Source: Hyphomicrobiales bacterium
GTDB lineage: Bacteria > Pseudomonadota > Alphaproteobacteria > Rhizobiales > Xanthobacteraceae
Reading direction: 5' to 3'
Assembly (NCBI GenBank): GCA_017305555.1
Contig: JAFKKM010000016.1
Span: forward strand, 4,090 to 68,089
Length of the DNA stretch: 64,000 nt
The translations under genes and the position numbers were made by a program. The notes under the pieces are model-generated. The model was not told the DNA's origin. It did no database searches and was given only the letters and a program-made list of their open reading frames with translations. Below, piece after piece: positions 11,129 through 20,209 of the stretch. Position 1 is the first letter of the stretch. Each line of letters opens with the position of its first letter.

Positions 11129-12487
11129 ATGCCGATCAACATTCTGATGCCCGCGCTGTCGCCAACGATGGAGAAGGGCAATCTCGCCAAGTGGCTCAAG
11201 AAGGAGGGCGACAAGGTCCAGTCCGGCGATGTGATCGCCGAGATCGAGACCGACAAGGCGACCATGGAAGTCGAAGCCGTTGACGAGGGCACCATCGCGA
11301 AAATCCTGGTGCCGGAAGGCACCGCCGACGTGCCGGTCAACGACGTGATCGCGATCCTTGCCGGTGACGGCGAGGATGTGAAGGCTGCGGCGAGCGACAG
11401 CGGTGCCGCGAAGGCTGAAGCGAAAGCGCCCGCGGCTCCGGCTGCCAAGGCCGACGCGCAACCGGCTGCACCTGCCGCGCCGTCGCCCGCCGCGCCCGCT
11501 CCGCAACCGGCGAGTGCCGCTGCGCCGGCCGCGCAGCCCTCCGGCAATCGAATCTTCTCCTCGCCGCTGGCTCGCAGGCTCGCGAAGGATGCCGGTATCG
11601 AACTGTCGCGGATCGACGGCACGGGACCGCACGGCCGCGTCATTGCACGCGATGTCGAGGCGGCGAAATCCGGCCAGGGCTTGAAGGCGCCGGCAGCCGT
11701 GTCTGCGCCGGGTGCAGCAACCGCCGCACCGAGCATCGCGCCGTCGATGTCGGATCAGCAGGTGCGTGCGCTGTTCGAGGAAGGGTCCTACGAGGTGGTG
11801 CCGCATGACGGTATGCGCCGGACCATCGCGCAGCGTCTGACGCAATCGATGCAGACCATCCCGCATTTCTATCTGACGATGGACTGCAACCTCGACAAGC
11901 TGATGGCTTTGCGCGAACAGGCCAACGCTGCCGCGCCCAAGGACAAGGACGGCAAGGCCGCCTACAAGCTGTCGGTCAATGACTTCGTCGTGAAAGCGAT
12001 GGCGGTGGCGCTCCAGCGTGTGCCGGATGCCAATGTGAGTTGGACCGATGGCGGAATGCTGAAGCACAAGCATTCCGATATCGGCGTCGCGGTGGCGATG
12101 CCCGGCGGGCTGATCACGCCGATCGTGCGCAAGGCGGAGACGCTGACGTTGTCGGTGATCTCCAACCGGATGAAGGATTTCGCGGCGCGCGCGCGCACCC
12201 GCAAGCTCAAGCCCGACGAATATCAGGGCGGCACCTCGGCGGTGTCGAACCTCGGCATGTTCGGCATCAAGGATTTCACCGCCGTCATCAATCCGCCGCA
12301 CGCGACGATCCTCGCGGTCGGCACCGGCGAGCAGCGCGCCATCGTCCGTGACGGCAAAGTCGAAGTCGCGAACATGATGAGCGTGACGCTGAGTTGCGAT
12401 CACCGCGCCGTCGACGGTGCGCTCGGCGCCGAATTGCTCGGCGCCTTCAAGCAACTGATCGAAAACCCCATGACGATGATGGTGTAA
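11129..12487 (+). CDS. pdhC: pyruvate dehydrogenase E2, dihydrolipoyllysine-residue acetyltransferase
   Basis: Contains a lipoyl domain ([12 protein letters not shown]), a peripheral-subunit-binding domain ([16 protein letters not shown]) and a catalytic domain ending [16 protein letters not shown]. Confidence 0.95.
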   Translation: MPINILMPALSPTMEKGNLAKWLKKEGDKVQSGDVIAEIETDKATMEVEAVDEGTIAKILVPEGTADVPVNDVIAILAGDGEDVKAAASDSGAAKAEAKAPAAPAAKADAQPAAPAAPSPAAPAPQPASAAAPAAQPSGNRIFSSPLARRLAKDAGIELSRIDGTGPHGRVIARDVEAAKSGQGLKAPAAVSAPGAATAAPSIAPSMSDQQVRALFEEGSYEVVPHDGMRRTIAQRLTQSMQTIPHFYLTMDCNLDKLMALREQANAAAPKDKDGKAAYKLSVNDFVVKAMAVALQRVPDANVSWTDGGMLKHKHSDIGVAVAMPGGLITPIVRKAETLTLSVISNRMKDFAARARTRKLKPDEYQGGTSAVSNLGMFGIKDFTAVINPPHATILAVGTGEQRAIVRDGKVEVANMMSVTLSCDHRAVDGALGAELLGAFKQLIENPMTMMV

Positions 12488-12496
12488 CGTTTTTCT

Positions 12497-12549
12497 TTCC
12501 CTCTCCCCTTGTGGGAGAGGGTGGACGCCGAAGGCGGCCGGGTGAGGGG
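12497..12549. repeat. Left structured inverted repeat of the DUF559 cassette
   Basis: TTCCCTCTCCCCTTGTGGGAGAGGGTGG-ACGCCGAAGGCGG-CCGGGTGAGGGGA. Its reverse complement recurs at 12895..12950. Confidence 0.85.
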
Positions 12550-12966
12550 ATGCGGCAGCGCGTATCAGATCAAAAGCGAGCTTTCGCCAAATCCCTTCGC
12601 GCCAGCGCGACAGAGGCGGAAAAGGTCCTTTGGCGTTTGTTGCGTTCACGTCGCCTCGCTCACATGAAATTTCGTCGTCAGGTGCCGATAGGATCTTGGA
12701 TCGTGGATTTTGTTTCGTTCGAGCAGCGTTTGGTGGTTGAGGCTGATGGCAGTCAACACGCGGACAGCCGGAACGACCAGCGACGCGATCGCGACCTCTC
12801 CGATCGCGGCTTCACGGTCTTGCGACTGTGGAACAATGACGTTCTCTCGAGACCGCTCATCGCTGCCGATGCAATCTTCGCTGCGGCTACGCTGTCCCCC
12901 TCACCCGGCGAGCTGCGCTCGCCACCCTCTCCCACAAGGGGAGAGGGGAAGATAAGAAGCGTATGA
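12550..12966 (+). CDS. DUF559 domain protein (Vsr-like / PD-(D/E)XK endonuclease fold)
   Basis: MRQRVSDQKRAFAKSLRASATEAEKVLWRLLRSRRLAHMKFRRQVPIGSWIVDFVSFEQRLVVEADGSQH..GFTVLRLWNNDVL, the canonical DUF559 pattern. The stop overlaps the lpdA ATG (ATGA). Confidence 0.85.
   Translation: MRQRVSDQKRAFAKSLRASATEAEKVLWRLLRSRRLAHMKFRRQVPIGSWIVDFVSFEQRLVVEADGSQHADSRNDQRRDRDLSDRGFTVLRLWNNDVLSRPLIAADAIFAAATLSPSPGELRSPPSPTRGEGKIRSV
12895..12950. repeat. Right structured inverted repeat of the DUF559 cassette
   Basis: TCCCCCTCACCCGG-CGAGCTGCGCTCG-CCACCCTCTCCCACAAGGGGAGAGGGGAA, the reverse complement of the left arm except for the small central hairpin. Confidence 0.85.
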
Positions 12967-14390
12967 CAATGGCCGACACATCTTTCGACGTCATCATCAT
13001 CGGCTCCGGTCCCGGCGGCTACGTCACCGCGATCCGCGCCGCGCAGCTTGGCTTCAAGACCGCCATTGTCGAGAAACAGTATCTCGGCGGTATCTGCCTC
13101 AACTGGGGCTGCATTCCGACCAAGGCGCTGCTGCGCTCGGCGGAAATTTATCACTACATGCAGAACGCCAAGGACTATGGGCTGTCGGCCGAAAAGGTGA
13201 GCTTCGATCCGAAAGCGGTGGTGCAGCGCTCGCGCGGCGTGTCCAAGCGCCTCAATGACGGCGTCGGCTTCCTGATGAAGAAGAACAAGGTCACGGTGAT
13301 CTGGGGCGAGGCGTCGATCGACGCGCCCGGCAAGATTACGGTGAAGAAGTCGCCTGTGGAAGCGCCGAAGGGCACGCAAGGCGAGGGGACCTATCAGGCC
13401 AAGCACATCATCCTCGCCACCGGCGCGCGGCCGCGCGCGCTGCCGGGGCTGGAGGGCGACAAGAAACTGGTGTGGACCTATTTCGAGGCCATGGTGCCGG
13501 ACCGGATGCCGAAGTCGCTGCTGGTGGTCGGCTCCGGCGCGATCGGCATCGAGTTTGCGTCGTTCTTCCGCACCATGGGCGCGGAGGTCACGGTGGTCGA
13601 AGTGCTGCCGCAGATTTTGCCCGTCGAGGATGCCGAGATCGCAGGCCTTGCCCGCAAGCGATTCGAGAAGCAGGGCATCAAGATCATGACCTCCACCAAG
13701 GTCACCAAGCTCGACAAGAAGGCCGACAGCGTCGTCGCCACCATCGATGACGGCAAGGGTAAGCCGGTCACCGCCGAGTTCGAGCGGGTGATCTCGGCGG
13801 TCGGCGTGGTCGGCAATATCGAGGGGCTGGGGCTGGAGAAGCTCGGCGTCAAGACGGATCGCGGATGTGTTGTGATCGACGGTTACGGCAAGACCAACGT
13901 GCCGGGCATCTACGCCATCGGCGACGTCGCCGGGCCGCCGATGCTGGCGCACAAGGCCGAGCATGAGGGCGTCATCTGCGTCGAGGCGATCAAGGGCCTG
14001 CACCCGCACGCGATGGACAAGAGCCTGATCCCCGGCTGCACCTATTGCCATCCGCAAGTGGCCTCCGTCGGCCTCACCGAGGCCAAGGCGAAGGAGCAGG
14101 GCCGCGACATCCGGGTCGGCCGCTTCCCGTTCGTCGGCAATGGCAAAGCGATCGCACTCGGCGAGGACCAAGGTTTGATCAAAGTGATCTTCGACAAGAA
14201 GACCGGCCAACTACTCGGCGCGCACATGATCGGCGCGGAAGTCACCGAACTGATCCAAGGCTACGTGGTGGCGATGAATCTCGAGACCACCGAGGAAGAA
14301 CTGATGCACACCGTCTTCCCGCATCCGACGCTGTCCGAGATGATGAAGGAAGCGGTGCTCGACGCCTACGGCCGAGTGCTGAACGTCTGA
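12963..14390 (+). CDS. lpdA: dihydrolipoyl dehydrogenase (E3)
   Basis: FDVIIIGSGPGGYVTAIRAAQLG..GGICLNWGCIPTKALL (redox-active disulfide)..GDVAGPPMLAHKAEHEG..HPTLSE. Confidence 0.96.
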   Translation: MTMADTSFDVIIIGSGPGGYVTAIRAAQLGFKTAIVEKQYLGGICLNWGCIPTKALLRSAEIYHYMQNAKDYGLSAEKVSFDPKAVVQRSRGVSKRLNDGVGFLMKKNKVTVIWGEASIDAPGKITVKKSPVEAPKGTQGEGTYQAKHIILATGARPRALPGLEGDKKLVWTYFEAMVPDRMPKSLLVVGSGAIGIEFASFFRTMGAEVTVVEVLPQILPVEDAEIAGLARKRFEKQGIKIMTSTKVTKLDKKADSVVATIDDGKGKPVTAEFERVISAVGVVGNIEGLGLEKLGVKTDRGCVVIDGYGKTNVPGIYAIGDVAGPPMLAHKAEHEGVICVEAIKGLHPHAMDKSLIPGCTYCHPQVASVGLTEAKAKEQGRDIRVGRFPFVGNGKAIALGEDQGLIKVIFDKKTGQLLGAHMIGAEVTELIQGYVVAMNLETTEEELMHTVFPHPTLSEMMKEAVLDAYGRVLNV

Positions 14391-14537
14391 CCGCACTCGA
14401 AGGAGGGGGCGGGGCAAACTCGCCTCCCTTGTGGCATTTTCGAACAATCGTTCGATGGATCGGCCTGGCGGAGAGGGTTGCTGCCGGGCAACGAATGTTG
14501 CGTCAACGCAACACTGGTTGAACATTTAACCCTGAAG

Positions 14538-14556
14538 GCAGGCAACTCTTGCCTGC
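14538..14556 (+). terminator. Possible hairpin downstream of lpdA
   Basis: GCAGGCAA-CTC-TTGCCTGC, an 8-bp stem. There is no clear T-tract, so this is weak. Confidence 0.3.
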
Positions 14557-14702
14557 GCCGCTATTTGGCCACACCCCTTGATGAAATCATTCTAAGCACT
14601 TCGGCAGCCAAACTTTCCGGCTTGAGCTTTCCGAGGGCTTAGAGGTTTCGCCTGTTGGGCCGGGCGTGATCGATACGGTACAGGTCCCGGGATGGGTTCG
14701 CG

Positions 14703-16427
14703 ATGGACGCGAAGACCAACATCAAGGCAAAGCTGCCAAGCCGGCACGTGACCGAAGGCCCGGATCGTGCGCCGCATCGTTCCTATCTCTATGCCATGGG
14801 GCTCACGACAGCCCAGATTCATCAACCCTTTGTCGGCGTCGCTTCATGCTGGAACGAAGCCGCTCCCTGCAACATTTCGCTGATGCGCCAGGCGCAGGCG
14901 GTGAAGAAGGGCGTGGCGTCCGCAGGCGGTACCCCGCGTGAGTTTTGCACCATCACCGTCACCGACGGCATCGCCATGGGGCACGACGGAATGCGTTCGT
15001 CGCTGCCGTCGCGCGAAGTGATCGCCGACAGCGTTGAACTGACCATTCGCGGCCATGCCTATGACGCCTTGGTCGGCCTTGCCGGATGCGACAAGTCGTT
15101 GCCGGGCATGATGATGGCGATGGTCCGCCTCAACGTGCCGTCAATCTTCATCTACGGCGGCTCGATCCTTCCCGGCAATTTCCGCGGCCAGCCGGTGACC
15201 GTGCAGGACATGTTCGAGGCGGTCGGCAAGCATTCCACCGGCGAATTCTCCGATGCCGATCTTGACGAGATCGAGCGGGTTGCGTGCCCGTCCGCGGGAG
15301 CCTGCGGCGCGCAATTCACCGCCAACACCATGGCGACGGTTTCCGAGGCCATCGGGCTGGCACTACCGTATTCGGCCGGCGCACCGGCGCCTTACGAAAT
15401 CCGCGATTCCTTCTGCATGGCGGCTGGTGAGAAGATCATGGATCTGATCGCCGCCAACATCCGCCCGCGCGATATCGTCACCCGCAAGGCGCTGGAGAAT
15501 GCCGCCGCCGTTGTCGCGGCCTCCGGCGGCTCCACCAACGCGGCGCTGCACCTGCCGGCCATCGCGCATGAATGCGGCATCAAATTCGATCTGTTCGATG
15601 TCGCCGAAATCTTCAAAAAGACACCATATGTCGCGGATTTGAAGCCGGGCGGCCGTTATGTCGCCAAAGACATGTTCGAAGTTGGCGGCATACCGCTGCT
15701 GATGAAAACCCTGCTCGATCACGGCTTTCTGCACGGCGACTGTCTGACGGTAACCGGACGCTCCATCGCGGAGAACCTGAAGTCGGTGAAGTGGAATCCG
15801 CACCAAGATGTGGTGCGTTCAGCAGACAAGCCGATCACCGTAACGGGCGGCGTCGTCGGCTTGAAAGGGAATTTGGCCCCGGAGGGTGCGATCGTGAAGG
15901 TCGCTGGCATGTCGGAGTTGAAGTTTACCGGCCCGGCACGCTGTTTCGACCGCGAGGAAGATGCGTTCGAGGCGGTGAAGAATCGCACCTACAAAGAAGG
16001 CGACGTGCTGGTGATCCGCTACGAAGGACCGCGCGGCGGCCCCGGAATGCGGGAGATGCTGGCAACCACCGCGGCGCTGTATGGGCAGGGCATGGGCGGC
16101 AAGGTCGCACTCATCACCGATGGCCGGTTCTCTGGCGCGACGCGTGGCTTCTGCATCGGCCATGTCGGACCGGAGGCCGCGATAGGCGGCCCCATCGCGC
16201 TGCTGCGCGACGGCGATATCATTGAAATCGATGCCGTGGATGGCACGCTCGACGTCAAATTATCCGACGCCGAGTTGACCGAGCGCAAGGCAAGTTGGAA
16301 ACCGCGTGCGAGCGACTATCGCTCGGGCGCGCTCTGGAAATACGCCCAGCAGGTCGGCCCCGCCGTGGACGGCGCCGTGACGCACCCGGGCGGGGCGCAT
16401 GAGAAACAGTGTTATGCGGATATCTGA
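14703..16427 (+). CDS. ilvD: dihydroxy-acid dehydratase
   Basis: [79 protein letters not shown]. Confidence 0.96.
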   Translation: MDAKTNIKAKLPSRHVTEGPDRAPHRSYLYAMGLTTAQIHQPFVGVASCWNEAAPCNISLMRQAQAVKKGVASAGGTPREFCTITVTDGIAMGHDGMRSSLPSREVIADSVELTIRGHAYDALVGLAGCDKSLPGMMMAMVRLNVPSIFIYGGSILPGNFRGQPVTVQDMFEAVGKHSTGEFSDADLDEIERVACPSAGACGAQFTANTMATVSEAIGLALPYSAGAPAPYEIRDSFCMAAGEKIMDLIAANIRPRDIVTRKALENAAAVVAASGGSTNAALHLPAIAHECGIKFDLFDVAEIFKKTPYVADLKPGGRYVAKDMFEVGGIPLLMKTLLDHGFLHGDCLTVTGRSIAENLKSVKWNPHQDVVRSADKPITVTGGVVGLKGNLAPEGAIVKVAGMSELKFTGPARCFDREEDAFEAVKNRTYKEGDVLVIRYEGPRGGPGMREMLATTAALYGQGMGGKVALITDGRFSGATRGFCIGHVGPEAAIGGPIALLRDGDIIEIDAVDGTLDVKLSDAELTERKASWKPRASDYRSGALWKYAQQVGPAVDGAVTHPGGAHEKQCYADI

Positions 16428-17223
16428 GCGTATCGTTGCGTTGAGTGTGGGCTTTGTGTTGGCGGGCACGCCGGCGTTTGCCTTCGAGGGTACCACCGTT
16501 GGACAGGATCCGGCGTTGCCGGTCGCTTCCGCCGCGCCACCGGTCGGTTCTGCCGGCGCGTTGCGCAAATCCGCGCCGACCAATAATTCGCTGACTGCTT
16601 TGCAGTACGCCGCCGAGGACGGTCACCCGATCGCCCAGTGGAAGCTCGGCCGCATGTACGCCAAGGGTGACGGTGTCGCGCAGGACGACCTGCGCGCATT
16701 CCAGTATTTCAGCCGCATTGCCAACGCTCATGCCGAGGACAGCCCGACCGCGCCACAGGCCACGGTAGTCGCCAACGCCTTCGTCGCGCTGGGGCGCTAT
16801 TATCTGGCAGGCATTCCCAATTCCAAGATCAAGGCCGATGCCGAACGCGCGCGCGAGATGTTCTCCTATGCGGCGTCGTATTTCGGCAATGCCGACGCCC
16901 AGTACGATCTGGCACGGCTCTATCTCAACGGCGTCGGCGCGCCGCGCGATGCGAAATACGGCATCCGTTGGCTCGGGCTTGCCGCTCAAAAGGGACAGCA
17001 TCAGGCCCAGGCGATGCTCGGGCAGATGCTGTTCAATGGCGACCACCTGGCGCGGCAGGCGGCGCGCGGCCTGATGTGGCTGACGCTGGCGCGCGACAGC
17101 GCCAGCCCCGAGGAAGCCTGGATCAAGGACAGCTACAACAAGGCGATCGCCAGGGCATCCGAGGACGACCGTGCGATGGCGTTGCAGATGCTTGAGCACT
17201 GGGTGCAAGGCCGCCGGGATTAA
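16414..17223 (+). CDS. Sel1-repeat periplasmic protein, ExoR-like
   Basis: A signal peptide ([23 protein letters not shown]) is followed by repeated Sel1 motifs ([18 protein letters not shown]; [18 protein letters not shown]; [13 protein letters not shown]). The size (~270 aa) matches the ExoR family. It overlaps the ilvD 3' end by 14 nt. Confidence 0.7.
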   Translation: MRISERIVALSVGFVLAGTPAFAFEGTTVGQDPALPVASAAPPVGSAGALRKSAPTNNSLTALQYAAEDGHPIAQWKLGRMYAKGDGVAQDDLRAFQYFSRIANAHAEDSPTAPQATVVANAFVALGRYYLAGIPNSKIKADAERAREMFSYAASYFGNADAQYDLARLYLNGVGAPRDAKYGIRWLGLAAQKGQHQAQAMLGQMLFNGDHLARQAARGLMWLTLARDSASPEEAWIKDSYNKAIARASEDDRAMALQMLEHWVQGRRD

Positions 17224-17252
17224 GTCCCGCCGGGGCTGAGCCGATCGGCGCC

Positions 17253-18044
17253 TTACGCCGCTTCCAGATCCAGATCGATCCATATCGGAACGTGATCCGA
17301 CGGCTTTTCCCAGGCGCGGACGTATTTGTCGATTCCGACGCCGCTCAGCCGGTCGCCGGCCTGCGGCGACAGCAGCAGATGATCGATGCGCAGCCCGTGG
17401 TTTTTCTGCCAAGCGCCGGCCTGATAATCCCAGAATGTGTACTGGCCGGCGGCGTCGGTGGTAGCGCGCAGCGCGTCCGTCAGCCCGAGCCCGAGCAGAG
17501 CTTGAAACCGTTCTCGCGTTTCAGGGCGAAATAACGCGTCATCGACCCAAGCGTCCGGATTATGGACGTCGCGTGCCGCCGGAATGACATTGAAGTCACC
17601 GGCGAGGACCAGCGGCTCCTCGGTCTTGAGGCGCTCTTTCGTATAATCAAGAAGTCGCGACATCCAATTGAGTTTGTAGGGATATTTGTCTGTGTTCGCC
17701 GGATTGCCATTGGGCAAATAGAGGCAGGCGATCCGCAATGCGCCGTGTTTCAGCGACACCACGCCTTCGAGGAAACGGGCATGGGCGTCGTCGGGATCGC
17801 CGGCCAGTCGCGGCGTGGTTTCGTCGAACGGCAGACGAGACAGCAGGGCCACGCCGTTGAAAGTCTTCTGCCCGTGGGTGACGACGTTGTAGCCGAGCGC
17901 TTCGATCGCCTCCCGTGGAAAGGCCTCGTCGACGCACTTGATCTCTTGCAGGCAGGCAATGTCCGGCGAGCATTCGCTCAGCCAGGTCAGCAGATGATCC
18001 AGCCGTTGCCGCACCGAGTTGACGTTCCAGGTGGCTATCCTCAT
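17253..18044 (-). CDS. xthA: exodeoxyribonuclease III
   Basis: MRIATWNVNSVRQRL..DIACLQEIK..GDFNVIP..WSYRG-type tail (FWDYQAGAWQKNHGLRIDHLLLS..SDHVPIW). Trimmed from track ORF 17253..18188. Confidence 0.93.
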   Translation of the reverse strand: MRIATWNVNSVRQRLDHLLTWLSECSPDIACLQEIKCVDEAFPREAIEALGYNVVTHGQKTFNGVALLSRLPFDETTPRLAGDPDDAHARFLEGVVSLKHGALRIACLYLPNGNPANTDKYPYKLNWMSRLLDYTKERLKTEEPLVLAGDFNVIPAARDVHNPDAWVDDALFRPETRERFQALLGLGLTDALRATTDAAGQYTFWDYQAGAWQKNHGLRIDHLLLSPQAGDRLSGVGIDKYVRAWEKPSDHVPIWIDLDLEAA

Positions 18045-18431
18045 CGATCGCGCGGCCTTTCTTTGAGATGGTCTCGGCTGTCCGATGGTTGGTCGTTCCG
18101 CGTGCGGAGAAACCTTGCCCGGCTGCTGCCATGAGATCGGATGGCGAATATACTGGTTTACGCGAGGACGGAACAGAGACGCCGACAAGGCCGATGCCGG
18201 AAGGGCGGGGAGGATATTCGTCCACGGATCGCGGGTTCAGCGAAACAGCGCTTTCCCGGCCATTTCGCGACCGTTGCCGTTGTGCAGCATGTCCCCAGAA
18301 AAACGTAGATCGGAGAGGCCGGAGGGAGATTTGTATTTGCCTGCCGGCGGCGGGAGACGACATCCTGCCTGTGATGTCGGGCCGCGCCGGATTCGCGGTG
18401 ACCGGCAAGGGTCCCGCGATCGAGCGCGGGC

Positions 18432-19848
18432 TTGGAGATGAAGATGACGACAACAACAAAAGCAATAATGATCGGATCGGCGGCGGCTTTGTTTGCTGTC
18501 AGCGGGGCGCAGGCGGCGGATTTGCCATTGAAGGCCAAGGCCGTTGAGTATGTGAAGGTCTGCTCGCTTTACGGTGCCGGGTTCTACTACATCCCAGGAA
18601 CCGATACCTGCATCAAACTTGGTGGGTACGTCCGTGCCGATACCTCGTTCAACGCCTCTGGCGCTTACGATGCGCCGCGGTGGAATGGCCGGGTGACGCG
18701 CGCCTCGAACGATTACATCGCTCGCTCGCGTTTGGGTCTCACCCTCGATACCCGCACCGCGACCGAATATGGCGTGGTCCGTACCTATTCCGACTTGCGG
18801 TTCAATTGGACGACGGATAGTTCCGCGCGCGCCGGGGGAGACGTCGGCGTCTATTACGCTTTCATCCAGTTCGCCGGCTTTGGGTAAGGCGGTGTCGCAA
18901 TTCTCCGCGCCATGGACGGGCTTCCCCGGCAACAATACGTCCTATCTGATCGGCGGCGAAGACGTTGACAGCGGCATCAATCAGATCGCCTACACCGCTC
19001 AATTCGGCAATGGCGTATCTGCCGCGCTCAGCCTTGAGGAGGCGAGCGGTCTGAACGGTGCGGCTCCCGTCAGTTCTTACTCCCGCGCGCCGCTCTACGA
19101 CGTGACGTCAGGCTACACTCCTGCGAGCAACTGGGGCGGCACCAACGTGCCGGATATCGTCGGCCAGGTTCGCGTCGATCAGGCGTGGGGTATATTCCAG
19201 GCATCGGCGCTGGCGCATCAACTCCGCGCCGGTCCCTATGGCTATTATGGTGGCGGTGTCGGCGCTCCCCATCCCGACGATGCCTGGGGTTTTGCCGCGC
19301 AACTGGCGCTGTCGTTGAAGAACTTGCCGACCGGGGCAGGCGATACCATTAATCTGTCGGTCGGCTACGCCAACGGCGCCTCGCGCAACATCATCGGCGG
19401 TGTCAGCCCCGACAGTTTGCAGATCTGGGGCGGTGGCAACTCGCGGGTCGCCTACGCCTATTCCAGCGATGGCGTGTTCGGAGCCGGGGGCAGCATCCAG
19501 AAGACCGAAGCCTGGGGCCTGCGCGGCGCATTCAACCACAACTGGGATGCCCATTGGTCATCGTCGCTGTTCGGCTCCTACACCCAGGTCCGCTACAACG
19601 ACACCGCCAAGGCTCTGTTGGCGGGAACGTCGATCTGCTCCGGACTGCTCGCCTGCAATCCGGATTTCAACATTTCGCAGCTCGGACTCCTGACCAAATG
19701 GACGCCGGTCAAGAACCTGACCTTCTCCGGCGAGGTCATGTACACCTACATCGACCAGAAGAACGTCGGGGTCACGCCGATTGGCGGCGCTCTCTTGGCA
19801 AGCGAGGGGACTTGGACTTTCGGCGTCCGCGCCCAACGCAATTTCTGA
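18432..19848 (+). pseudogene. Alphaproteobacterial Porin_2-family outer-membrane porin, interrupted by a +1 nt frameshift
   Basis: ORF 18432..18887 carries the signal peptide and barrel start and ends ..YAFIQFAGFG*. The rest is in the +1 frame (track ORF 18769..19848, ..GKAVSQFSAPW.. ending ..GVRAQRNF). Deleting one G of GGG at 18882..18884 gives a continuous 471-aa porin. Confidence 0.8.
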
Positions 19849-19906
19849 TCGCGGGACGCTCAGTTGAGCTTAGACCGACGCGAGCAGGCTTCATAGGGAT
19901 GTATTG

Positions 19907-19940
19907 AAGGGGCAATCCGCTTATGGCCGATTGCCCCTTT
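19907..19940 (+). terminator. Rho-independent-like terminator after the porin
   Basis: AAGGGGCAATC-(11 nt loop)-GATTGCCCCTT, an 11-bp stem followed by a short T-run. Confidence 0.6.
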
Positions 19941-20209
19941 GGCTATCAGCTTTTCGGTACGGGTTCCCGGATATTATGGGCCTGATGCGGTGCGGTTGCG
20001 GGCGTGGACCCGGCGATCGGTCTGGGCCTTACCGGTAACTCGCTGGCGATATGACAAAGTTGTCGCTAACGATGCCTTCGGATTCTATCGTGCCGCATAT
20101 CACGAACCGGGGTGGTGTGATAAAACCCTCGACCGGAATGGAAGTTCCTGGGACTTCCACAGACTGAGGCCGCGCCATTTTTAAGATACGCGGCGGGTAC
20201 GGGACGTTC

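Larger units (their letters stand above)
12497..12950 (+). mobile_element. Candidate TIR-bounded DUF559 cassette (~454 bp) occupying the pdhC-lpdA spacer
   Basis: Two ~55-bp imperfect inverted repeats bracket a single endonuclease-like ORF. Only 9 bp and 12 bp of non-element sequence remain on either side. Mobility is an inference; no target duplication was identified. Confidence 0.4.

Noticed and set aside
14400-14440. G-rich stretch GGAGGGGGCGGGGCAAACTCGCCTCCCTTGTGG after lpdA, as a possible third copy of the DUF559-cassette repeat.
   Set aside because: There is only loose resemblance (CCTCCCTTGTGG versus CTCCCCTTGTGGGAGAGGG). It has no matching hairpin partner and no GGTGAGGGG box. This is insufficient to call.
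19939-20184. 81-aa ORF in the porin/RND intergenic region.
   Set aside because: It has a non-ATG start and no SD. The sequence is Trp/Arg-rich without motifs, and third-position GC is lower than in genuine genes here. This is more likely promoter or leader DNA of the RND operon.
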